A stretch of 64,000 nucleotides of DNA from an uncultured Elusimicrobiaceae bacterium (GCA_964415175.1 CAYPYG010000001.1:17975-81974); one strand, 5' to 3'. Shown: positions 45,640 to 53,559, counted from the first letter of the stretch. Notes: generated by a model from the letters alone, not told the origin. A program made the numbers and translations.

Positions 45640-46941
45640 ATGCGCGAAATAACTCTCGAGTTCAGGAAAATAGTGGGCGAAGGCAAGGCGCTCGGCCGCG
45701 CCGACGGCAAGGTGGTCTTCTGCTACGGCGTGCTGCCGGGCGAAACGGCGCGCGTGCGCGTCAAACGCGAGAAGCGCAACTGGGCCGAGGCCGACCTGGT
45801 GGAAGTCCTGACGCCCTCCCCCTCCCGCCGCGAGCCGCGCGAGGACCATTACCTGAGCTGCTCGCCCTGGCAGGTCATGGACTACGCCCTGCAGGCGGAG
45901 ACCAAGAAGGCGCTGATCGAGGACCTTTTCTACCAGACGCTCAAAGAGACCGTAAAACTGGATTTTTTCCGGACCGCGAAGGAGCACTACGGCTACCGGA
46001 CCAAGATAGAGTACAGTTTCACCGAGGAGGACGGGCGCCTGGAGCTGGCCTTCCACAAGCGCGGCTCCTACGGCGAGAAATACGCCCTGAAGTCGGGCTG
46101 CGCGCTGATAAGCGACAATACCAACGCCGCCGCGCTGACCATAACGGAGGAACTGCGCAGGAAGGGCGCCAAAGCCTCCGACCTTAAGTCCCTGATAATA
46201 CGCGAGTCCAAGGACCCCGAGGGACGTATAGCCGCGCTTTTCGTGAAGAATCGCGAGCTCGACGCCGCCGGCCTGGCGCTGCCGCCGGGCCTCAACGGCT
46301 TCACGGCCGCCTGGTCGAATCCCTTAAGCCCCGTCAGCCAGGCCGACGAAGTGATCTTCTCGTCCGGCGACGACCATATCACCGAGACGCTGCCCGGAGG
46401 CGAATTTTCCTCGCGGGTGAAGCTCTCCTACGGCTTCGACTGCTTCTTCCAGAACAACATGGAGCTCTTCGCCCAGGCGCTGGACGAGATGGGCCGCCAC
46501 TGCTTCAAGTGCGGCAAGATGGTGGACCTCTATTCCGGGGTGGGGGCGATAGGCCTCTCGCTGCGCCAGTACGCGGACAAGGTCTACGCCGTCGAGTCCT
46601 CGCCCTCGGCCGTGCGCTACGCGGCGCATAACGCGCTGGAGAACGGGGCCTCCAACTTCGAGGCCGCCTGCGGCCTGTCGGAGAAGACCGGCGAGGAGGC
46701 GCTGCACGGGGCGGAAATACTGCTGGTGGACCCGCCGCGCGCGGGCCTGCACATCAAGGCGGTGAAGTCGATACTGGCGGCGCGGCCGAAAAGGGTGATC
46801 TACCTCTCCTGCAACCCGATAACGCAGGGCAGGGACGCCGCTTTCTTCCTGGAAAAGTACAAGCTCTCCGCCTCCGGCGGCTTCGATTTCTACCCCAACA
46901 CTCCCCACGCCGAGACCATGATGGTCTTCGACCTCAGGTAA
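45640..46941 (+). CDS. TRAM-domain RNA (uracil-5-)-methyltransferase, RlmD/RumA/TrmA family
   Basis: TRAM-like N-terminus (GKALGRADGKVVFCYGVLPGE); DLYSGVGAIGL SAM motif; SCNP catalytic Cys motif. The start at 45640 is preferred over 45505. Confidence 0.85.
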   Translation: MREITLEFRKIVGEGKALGRADGKVVFCYGVLPGETARVRVKREKRNWAEADLVEVLTPSPSRREPREDHYLSCSPWQVMDYALQAETKKALIEDLFYQTLKETVKLDFFRTAKEHYGYRTKIEYSFTEEDGRLELAFHKRGSYGEKYALKSGCALISDNTNAAALTITEELRRKGAKASDLKSLIIRESKDPEGRIAALFVKNRELDAAGLALPPGLNGFTAAWSNPLSPVSQADEVIFSSGDDHITETLPGGEFSSRVKLSYGFDCFFQNNMELFAQALDEMGRHCFKCGKMVDLYSGVGAIGLSLRQYADKVYAVESSPSAVRYAAHNALENGASNFEAACGLSEKTGEEALHGAEILLVDPPRAGLHIKAVKSILAARPKRVIYLSCNPITQGRDAAFFLEKYKLSASGGFDFYPNTPHAETMMVFDLR

Positions 46942-46958
46942 ACGAACCGCGGACGGAC

Positions 46959-47918
46959 TCAGTCCGCCGCGACCCACGCGGCGGTCCGCGTACCCTTCAG
47001 CTTGCCGTTGAACCCTTCCACCCACGCGTTATAGCGGGTCTGCACCTGTTTCCCCTCTCCCAGGTATTCGGGGTTCAGCGCGTTCTTCACGAAACCTTCC
47101 GCGACGGGGAAGGCCGTAACGAGCTGCGCGTGCGGCTTCGACGAGTCCTTGACCGAATAGACCAGCAGGTAGGCGTTCCCGCCGGAGGTGACGGCCCCGA
47201 AAGGAAGGAAGTCGGTGCGCAGCGAGACGCTCCGCTTGCGGGTGAGGGCGACGGTCTCGTTCAGCCGGAAATGGCCCGGGGCTTTCCAGGCCCTGGCGGC
47301 GGAGCCGCAGGCGTAGGACGCTTTTGCCAGCCTGGCGCGGGCCGCGCCGTCGTCGGCGAAAGCCGCGGCGCCGGACACGCAGGTGATATTGGCCAGCAGC
47401 GTGCCCTCCGCGGGAGAAGGGCCCAGCGCGCCGCGCGCGAAACCGAGTCCCGCCTCTATGTCGTCGCGCACCCAGCGGGCGCGCTTGAAACCGAACTTGG
47501 TCGGCAGCAGGCTGAAAAGATAGCCGTAGGAGTGCTCCATGCCGGCGTGGACTATCTTGCCGCGCGGGCCGGGGAGGGCCAGCTCGCCGGCGAGGAAGGA
47601 AAGTATGGAGTCGTGGACTATGCGGGCCTTGGCCATCTCGTCGAAGTTGACGCTCTCCCCCCAGAGTTCCTTGAGGTCCGTATTGAGCTTGTCGGAGGCC
47701 AGCTGGGCGGCCAGGCCCGGGGCGTGTTCCGCCAGCACCGGCGCCAGCGGCAGGCTCCCGGCGGCGTTGGCTTCCATCACCCGGGCCATGCCGGCCCAGG
47801 GGCAGTCCAGGGCGTCCTCGGCGGCGGGATCGCCCGGCGCGGCGGGCGCCGGGCACTGGTAGGCGTGCAGCGCCGCGGCGAGGAGGAACAGCGGGAGAAC
47901 GAGGAGAGCGCGCTTCAT
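46959..47918 (-). CDS. Secreted hypothetical protein (319 aa)
   Basis: Signal peptide MKRALLVLPLFLLAAALHA; no family recognised. Confidence 0.55.
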   Translation of the reverse strand: MKRALLVLPLFLLAAALHAYQCPAPAAPGDPAAEDALDCPWAGMARVMEANAAGSLPLAPVLAEHAPGLAAQLASDKLNTDLKELWGESVNFDEMAKARIVHDSILSFLAGELALPGPRGKIVHAGMEHSYGYLFSLLPTKFGFKRARWVRDDIEAGLGFARGALGPSPAEGTLLANITCVSGAAAFADDGAARARLAKASYACGSAARAWKAPGHFRLNETVALTRKRSVSLRTDFLPFGAVTSGGNAYLLVYSVKDSSKPHAQLVTAFPVAEGFVKNALNPEYLGEGKQVQTRYNAWVEGFNGKLKGTRTAAWVAAD

Positions 47919-47919
47919 A

Positions 47920-48267
47920 TCAGGCCCTCCCCCGGAAGTCGGAAAGGCTGACCGTGAAGTAACGGGTGCCGCAGGGATAGCCGGGATAGGGGCCGCATTC
48001 CTCGTCCGGATTTATCGGTTCCTGGACGGCGCGGGTGGTCTTGGACACTTCGTCCGGCGCCCGCTCGACGGCCGGCCGTACGCGCCCGTCGGCGGCCGGC
48101 GCGGGCGGCTCGGCCGCGGTCCGCGCGTTCGAGCCGTTCCCGGCGCAGCCGAAAAGACCCAGCACGGCGGCGGCCAGGGCGCCCAGAAGTCCGGCGCGCG
48201 AAAAGCCGGCGGCCTCCCTTTCGCTCATCCCGGTCTTCAAAGCCAGTTCCCGCAGTTTCTTTTCCAT
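47920..48267 (-). CDS. Small membrane/lipoprotein-like hypothetical protein (115 aa)
   Basis: AGGAG upstream of the ATG; hydrophobic segment ending LGLFGC (lipobox-like); 1-nt gap to the next gene. Confidence 0.5.
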   Translation of the reverse strand: MEKKLRELALKTGMSEREAAGFSRAGLLGALAAAVLGLFGCAGNGSNARTAAEPPAPAADGRVRPAVERAPDEVSKTTRAVQEPINPDEECGPYPGYPCGTRYFTVSLSDFRGRA

Positions 48268-48330
48268 AAGGTCGGCTCCTTTATTTCGGACTCCCGGACA
48301 TTGTACAAAAGCGGGGGCCGCCTTATTTAG

Positions 48331-48336
48331 TAAAAT
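48331..48336 (+). promoter_or_regulatory. -10-like TAAAAT, 6 nt upstream of the ispH-fusion ATG 48343
   Basis: Same -10-N6-ATG geometry as other genes in the window. Confidence 0.3.
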
Positions 48337-48342
48337 CCACTC

Positions 48343-50061
48343 ATGTCCTACCGGGCGCAGATAACGGTGGCCGCCAGCGCGGGCTTCTGCCCGGGCGTCA
48401 AAGGAGCCATCGACAAGGTGCTGGAACTGGCCGCCGCCGGCAAGTCCCCCGTCTACACGCTGGGGCCCCTCATCCACAACAAGCAGGTCATAGAGACCCT
48501 GGAGGAAAAAGGCGTGCGCGCCGTCAAGGACGCCTCCGAGATAAAGGAGAAGGGCGCGACCCTGGTCATACGCGCCCACGGCATACCGCCGGGACTCGAG
48601 GCCGCAGTCAGGGCGCTGGACCTCAATGTCGTGGACGCCACCTGTCCGCTGGTGAAGCGGGTGCACCGCAATATAAAGGAATGGGCCGACAAGGGCTACG
48701 ACACCGTAATAGTAGGCGACGCCGACCACGCCGAGGTCGTCGGCCTGATGGGCTATACCGGAGGCCGCGGCCACGTGGTCAGCGGGCCGGAGGAAGCGGC
48801 GCGGCTGCCCCGCCTGGAGAAGGCCAATATAGTCGCCCAGACCACGCAGGGAACGGACGTTTTCCTCAGGACCGTGGAGGCGCTGCGGCCGAACACCGGC
48901 GAACTGATAGTCTCCAACACCATCTGCGCTCCCACCCGCGAGCGCCAGAGCGAGACCATGGACCTCTCGCGCCGCAGCGGCCTGGTCATAGTCGTCGGCG
49001 GCAAGAACTCGGCCAATACGGCGCGCCTTTTCCGGATCTGCGCCGGCCTGGCCCCCCGCGCCGTCCACATAGAGCGCGAGGACGAGCTCTCGCCGGAACT
49101 GTTCGACGGGGTCACCTCCGTCTTCATAACCGCCGGCGCCTCGACGCCCGCCTGGATGATAGAGAAGGCGCTCGCCCGCGCGCGCGAGCTGACCGAGGTG
49201 CGCCGCTCCCCGCTGGCGGCCGGGCTGGAATTCTTCTGGCTGCTGCTGGTGACGAGCTGCGTCTTCACGGCCGCGGGCGCCGTGGCGCTGGCCTACGCCT
49301 CGATGCGCCTGCAGGGCCTGCCGATAAGCCCAGCGATGCTGGCCCTGGCCGGCCTCTTCGTCTTCAGCCTGCACCTGACCAACCGCGCCGCCGAGAAAGG
49401 CGCCGCCGTGCCCGACCGCGCCAAGCAGCTGCTCTTCGTCCGCTTCGGCCGGGCCGCGCGGGCCGTGGCCCTGCTGGCCGGCGTGGCGGCCATAGCCCTG
49501 GCCGCCGGCACTACGGGCACGCTGGCCCTGCTGCTGACCGCCTTCTTCTGGGCCATGGGCATGCTCTACCCCTATAAGATGCCTCTGGGCCTGGACTCCC
49601 TGGCGAAATTTCCCGGCTCCAAGGACATCATGACCGCGCTGGGCTGGGCCTTCGTCTGCGCCGCCCTGCCCGCGCTCTCCTACGGTTCGCTGGCCTACAA
49701 ATCGTCGCAGCTGGCGGTAGTCTTCGCCTTCACGCTGGTCTTCGCGCGCTCGGTCATGTTCGGCATCAGCCACGTGCACAGCGACATGATCGTCGGCAAC
49801 GAGAACTTCTACAAGGCGGCGGGACCGAAAGCTACCTACGCGGCCGTCCTGTCCATCTTCATCTTCATGGAGGCGATACTCATCGCCCTCAAGAACATGG
49901 CGTGGAAGGAACCGCTGGTCAACGCGATGATAGCGGGGATGTTCTACTACCTGGGGCTGATGGTATTCTTCTATTTCCGGCGGATGCCGGAGAAGACGCT
50001 GGCGGAAACGCTGATAGACAGCCAGTTCCTCATCCTGGCCGGCCTGGTGCTGGTCTCCTGA
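48343..50061 (+). CDS. ispH: 4-hydroxy-3-methylbut-2-enyl diphosphate reductase (IspH/LytB) fused to a ~285-aa polytopic membrane domain
   Basis: The N-terminal ~285 aa carry the three cluster Cys contexts GFCPGV, DATCPLV and NTICAPT. The ORF continues uninterrupted into ~8 hydrophobic helices. Confidence 0.85.
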   Translation: MSYRAQITVAASAGFCPGVKGAIDKVLELAAAGKSPVYTLGPLIHNKQVIETLEEKGVRAVKDASEIKEKGATLVIRAHGIPPGLEAAVRALDLNVVDATCPLVKRVHRNIKEWADKGYDTVIVGDADHAEVVGLMGYTGGRGHVVSGPEEAARLPRLEKANIVAQTTQGTDVFLRTVEALRPNTGELIVSNTICAPTRERQSETMDLSRRSGLVIVVGGKNSANTARLFRICAGLAPRAVHIEREDELSPELFDGVTSVFITAGASTPAWMIEKALARARELTEVRRSPLAAGLEFFWLLLVTSCVFTAAGAVALAYASMRLQGLPISPAMLALAGLFVFSLHLTNRAAEKGAAVPDRAKQLLFVRFGRAARAVALLAGVAAIALAAGTTGTLALLLTAFFWAMGMLYPYKMPLGLDSLAKFPGSKDIMTALGWAFVCAALPALSYGSLAYKSSQLAVVFAFTLVFARSVMFGISHVHSDMIVGNENFYKAAGPKATYAAVLSIFIFMEAILIALKNMAWKEPLVNAMIAGMFYYLGLMVFFYFRRMPEKTLAETLIDSQFLILAGLVLVS

Positions 50062-50598
50062 TCACTTTTTGTTGAATTCTTCGCGGAGCCGGAGGCGGCC
50101 GCGCAGCAGGCGGGACTTGAGTGCCCCGACGGTTATTTCGAGCACCTTCGCGGCCTCTTCCAGCGACATTTCCTGTATGTCGACCAGGGTGATGGCCATC
50201 CTGTAATCCACCGGCAGGGCCGAAAGCGCCCTGGCGACGCTCTCGGAAAGGTCCTTCTTTATCGATTCCTCGTGGGCGACGGCGTCCTTTACGTCCTTGA
50301 TGTCCTCGAGGCTGACCAGCTTCTCGCGCTTCTTCCTGCGGAACTTCATCCAGCAGTTGTTGGCCGCGATGCGGTAGAGCCAGGTGCCGAAGCCGGACCT
50401 GCCCTTGAAGCTCTTTATCTTGGTGAAGGCGGTCAGCATCGTCTCCTGGTAAACGTCCTCCGCCTCCGAGGGCAGGCCGCTGCAGACATAATGCGCCAGG
50501 CCGTAGATGCGGTCCTTGTGCAGCTTTATCAGTTCCTCGAAACTGGCGATGTCGCCGTCCTTCGCCTTGGCGATGAGCGCCTCTTCCTTCGCGTCCAT
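50062..50598 (-). CDS. ECF-type RNA polymerase sigma-70 family factor
   Basis: Region 2 (DVYQETMLTAF...WLYRIAANNC) and region 4 (EMSLEEAAKVLEITVGALKSRL). ATG 50598 lies 6 nt downstream of TGTGTATAAT. Confidence 0.85.
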   Translation of the reverse strand: MDAKEEALIAKAKDGDIASFEELIKLHKDRIYGLAHYVCSGLPSEAEDVYQETMLTAFTKIKSFKGRSGFGTWLYRIAANNCWMKFRRKKREKLVSLEDIKDVKDAVAHEESIKKDLSESVARALSALPVDYRMAITLVDIQEMSLEEAAKVLEITVGALKSRLLRGRLRLREEFNKK

Positions 50599-50604
50599 AC
50601 TCCG

Positions 50605-50614
50605 ATTATACACA
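50605..50614 (-). promoter_or_regulatory. Extended -10 TGTGTATAAT for the ECF sigma gene (leaderless geometry)
   Basis: The minus strand reads TGTGTATAAT-cggagt-ATG. Confidence 0.45.
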
Positions 50615-50618
50615 AAAG

Positions 50619-50627
50619 TGATAAAAT
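50619..50627 (+). promoter_or_regulatory. Extended -10 TGATAAAAT upstream of tRNA-Val
   Basis: Lies 11 nt before the mature tRNA 5' end. Confidence 0.4.
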
Positions 50628-50638
50628 AACGGCACGGA

Positions 50639-50713
50639 GCGCAGTTAGCTCAGCGGTAGAGCATCCGCCTTACACGCGGAGGGCCATAGGTTCGAATCCT
50701 ATACTGCGCACCA
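50639..50713 (+). tRNA. tRNA-Val (anticodon TAC), CCA encoded
   Basis: Manual cloverleaf: acceptor GCGCAGT/ACTGCGC, D stem GCTC/GAGC, anticodon loop CTTACAC, T arm ATAGG-TTCGAAT-CCTAT. Confidence 0.9.
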
Positions 50714-50747
50714 TTTTCCATTCCTTCCCAAAAAGGCACCAAAAAAA

Positions 50748-52727
50748 ATGACCGACGACAAGCGCGACGACCTTCCCAAAGAAGAGGTAATGGCAGAGGA
50801 CGAGATAGAGCTCCTGGACGAGCCCGAGAAAGGCCCCGAGGACATCAAGGACCCCGAGCAGATAGAGCTCAAGTGGTTCAGGGAGGTCTACCAGGGCGAC
50901 AATATGAAGCAGCTCACGCTGCGCGCCGTCGTCATGGGGGCGTTCCTGGGCGGCTTCATGTCGCTCTCCAACCTTTACATCGGACTCAAGACCGGCTGGG
51001 GCCTGGGCGTCGCCATCACGGCCTGCATACTTTCGTTCACGATCTGGAAGACGCTGATGACGCTGCTGCCCTTCCTCTTCAAGGACCCGATGACCATCCT
51101 GGAGAACAACTGCATGCAGTCCACGGCCTCGTCGGCCGGCTACTCCACCGGCGGCACCATGGTCTCGGCCATCTCGGCCTACCTGCTGATCACCGGCACG
51201 CACATGTCCTGGCAGGTGCTCACCGTCTGGACGATATTCCTGGCCATGCTCGGCGTCTTCATCGCCATACCGATGAAACGTCAGATGATAAACATCGAAC
51301 AGCTCAAGTTCCCCAGCGGCATAGCCGCCGCCGAGACCCTCAGGAGCCTGCATTCCAAGGGCGCCGAGGCTTCCGACAAAGCCAAGGCCCTGGGCGCGGC
51401 GGGTCTTTTCGGGGCGGCCGTGGCCTTCTTCCGCGACAAAGGGGAGGCCGTCTTCGGCAGGACGCTGATCCCCGGAATGCTCGAGTTCCCCGGCGCGCTG
51501 AAGGGCCAGCCGCTTTCCAAGTGGACCATCTCCTTCGAAATGAGCGCGATAATGGTGGCCGCCGGGGCCATCATCGGCTGGAAAGTCTCCTGGTCGCTGC
51601 TGCTGGGCGCCATCGTCAATTACGGCCTGCTCGCGCCCTGGGTGGCGGGCCTGCCGCCGACGGAGGCCGGGGTGGCGGCCATAGACGCTTCCAGCCTGGG
51701 CTACCGCGCCATCGTGCAGTGGAGCACCTGGGCGGGCGCCTCGATAATGGTCACCTCGGGCCTGTTCATGTTCGCGCTGCAGTGGAAAACGATCAAGCGG
51801 GCTTTCAGCGGCATCACCGCCATCTTCAGGCCCAAGTCGGAGAGAAAAGCCGACCCGATGGCCAGGATAGAAGTGCCCGCCTCCTGGTTCGCCGGCGGCA
51901 CCTTCGCGGCCGGTCTCGGCTGCATCTTCGTCCTGCACTACGCGTTCAATACCAGCTGGTGGATGGGCCTGGTCGCCATAATCATGACCTTCTTCCTGGC
52001 CATGGTCGCGGCGCGCGCCACCGGCGAGTCCGACATCACGCCCATAGGCGCGATGGGAAAGATCACGCAGCTAACCTTCGGCGTGCTGGCCCCGTCCAAC
52101 ATGACGACCAACCTCATGACGGCCTCGGTCACGGCCGGCGCGGCCGGCTCCACAGCCGACCTGCTGGTGGACCTCAAGAGCGGCTACCTGCTCGGAGCCA
52201 ACCCGCGCCAGCAGTTCATCGCGCAGTTCCTGGGCATCTTCGCCGGCACGCTGGTGGTGGTCCCGGCCTTCTACCTGCTGGTGCCCGACGCCTCCATACT
52301 CGGTTCGGACAAGTGGCCGGCCCCGTCGGCGCAGGTCTGGGCGGCGGTGGCGAAACTGCTCTCGAACGGCATCGGCTCGCTGCATCCCGCGGCGCGCAAC
52401 GGCCTGCTCATAGGCGGCCTGGTCGGCCTCGTCATCCCCGCGCTGGAGCTCATGTTCCCGAAACGGCGCAAGTACATCCCTTCTGCGATGGGGCTGGGAC
52501 TCGCCATGGTCATCCCGTTCTGGAACTCGCTTTCCATGTTCATCGGCGGCCTGATAGCGCTGATCCTGGAGAAGAAGAACAAGCCGCTGGCCGACAAGTA
52601 CATCATCCCGGTCAGTTCGGGCATCATCGCCGGCGAGTCGATAATGGGCGTGGCGATCGCCCTGACCGACGCCAGGGACATGGTGACCGAGGTGATAGGG
52701 CGCGTCAAGGCCGTGCTCGGGCGCTGA
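50748..52727 (+). CDS. OPT family oligopeptide transporter
   Basis: 659 aa and ~16 TM helices; the N-terminal LTLRAVVMGAFLGGFMSLSNLYIGLKTGW is typical of the OPT superfamily. Confidence 0.85.
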   Translation: MTDDKRDDLPKEEVMAEDEIELLDEPEKGPEDIKDPEQIELKWFREVYQGDNMKQLTLRAVVMGAFLGGFMSLSNLYIGLKTGWGLGVAITACILSFTIWKTLMTLLPFLFKDPMTILENNCMQSTASSAGYSTGGTMVSAISAYLLITGTHMSWQVLTVWTIFLAMLGVFIAIPMKRQMINIEQLKFPSGIAAAETLRSLHSKGAEASDKAKALGAAGLFGAAVAFFRDKGEAVFGRTLIPGMLEFPGALKGQPLSKWTISFEMSAIMVAAGAIIGWKVSWSLLLGAIVNYGLLAPWVAGLPPTEAGVAAIDASSLGYRAIVQWSTWAGASIMVTSGLFMFALQWKTIKRAFSGITAIFRPKSERKADPMARIEVPASWFAGGTFAAGLGCIFVLHYAFNTSWWMGLVAIIMTFFLAMVAARATGESDITPIGAMGKITQLTFGVLAPSNMTTNLMTASVTAGAAGSTADLLVDLKSGYLLGANPRQQFIAQFLGIFAGTLVVVPAFYLLVPDASILGSDKWPAPSAQVWAAVAKLLSNGIGSLHPAARNGLLIGGLVGLVIPALELMFPKRRKYIPSAMGLGLAMVIPFWNSLSMFIGGLIALILEKKNKPLADKYIIPVSSGIIAGESIMGVAIALTDARDMVTEVIGRVKAVLGR

Positions 52728-52781
52728 CGCTCCCGATTTGCCTCGCCCGGCGCGCTTTTGATATCATTTCCCCGTTCCCGT

Positions 52782-52858
52782 GGGGTCGTGGTGTAGTTGG
52801 TTAACACGCCGCCCTGTCAAGGCGGAGACCGCGGGTTCGAGTCCCGTCGACCCCGCCA
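52782..52858 (+). tRNA. tRNA-Asp (anticodon GTC), CCA encoded
   Basis: Manual cloverleaf: acceptor GGGGTCG/CGACCCC, anticodon stem CCGCC/GGCGG, loop CTGTCAA, T loop TTCGAGT. Confidence 0.9.
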
Positions 52859-52881
52859 AATTTCCTGCAAAGGAAATTTGG
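52856..52881 (+). other. 11-bp hairpin with GCAA tetraloop whose 5' arm begins with the tRNA-Asp CCA end
   Basis: CCAAATTTCCT-GCAA-AGGAAATTTGG is a perfect complement. Confidence 0.6.
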
Positions 52882-52903
52882 TGTCAGTAACATCCGCTAG
52901 TTC

Positions 52904-52942
52904 AAAAAATGTCCGCCGGCTTTAATCCGGCGGTTATTTTTT
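52904..52942. terminator. Bidirectional intrinsic terminator-like hairpin
   Basis: A6 tract, stem CCGCCGG/CCGGCGG with a 7-nt loop, then TTATTTTTT. Confidence 0.6.
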
Positions 52943-52983
52943 GCCATTATGGGTCCGATGAAGAAGGCTTTTCCGGAAATAGC

Positions 52984-53013
52984 AAAAACCGCGCCGTCAA
53001 AGCCGCGGTTTTT
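52984..53013. terminator. Bidirectional intrinsic terminator-like hairpin downstream of the minus-strand lipoprotein gene
   Basis: AAAAACCGCG ... CGCGGTTTTT are exact complements. Confidence 0.55.
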
Positions 53014-53061
53014 ATAGCCGGCAGCCGATTTTACCCGGCCGGTACGGGTCGGGACGCGGCT

Positions 53062-53535
53062 TTATCCGCCGTGATGGTGGTCTTCCTCCCCGTCGTCATG
53101 CTCCCCCCACTTCCTGTCCCGGTTCAGCGGGCGCATCAGGGATGGCTCGTCGAGAACGCGGCGCAGTTGTTCCATTGACCAGTCGCCCTCGTGACGGCCT
53201 ATCCCTTTCATCTCCAGAGGGAACTCGACAAAGTCCACGGTCTTGCCGCCTATCTCCGCCGTAAAGCTGCCGTCGATGACCGCGGCGAAGGGGAAATGCT
53301 CCCGGGGCAGGCCGTACTTTTCCCTGAACGGCTCTGACGAGGGGTCTAAAATGTCGCGCTTTATTATGTTGAGACCCTTCCTGCCCTCCAGCGCCGCCTC
53401 CGCGAGACCCAGCGTTTTCAGCGACGGCGGCATCTTCTTGTAAAAGAGCTCCACCGTTCTTTCACCGCCTCCGGTATTAGTGGCGGCGCAGCCCGCCAGC
53501 AGCAGGCACAGGGCCAATCCCGTAGTCTTTTCCAT
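53062..53535 (-). CDS. Lipoprotein with acidic/His-rich C-terminal tail, unknown function
   Basis: Lipobox LLAGC after a short signal sequence; tail EHDDGEEDHHHGG. Confidence 0.6.
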   Translation of the reverse strand: MEKTTGLALCLLLAGCAATNTGGGERTVELFYKKMPPSLKTLGLAEAALEGRKGLNIIKRDILDPSSEPFREKYGLPREHFPFAAVIDGSFTAEIGGKTVDFVEFPLEMKGIGRHEGDWSMEQLRRVLDEPSLMRPLNRDRKWGEHDDGEEDHHHGG

Positions 53536-53559
53536 TTCAATCTCCTTTAACCCGCGGGT

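Noticed and set aside
52859-53061. AT-richer 200-bp spacer after tRNA-Asp as a possible genomic-island integration scar.
   Set aside because: There is no integrase and no direct repeat of the tRNA 3' end that I could find downstream. The flanking genes have the same composition as the rest of the window. The spacer is better explained by two bidirectional terminators between convergent units.
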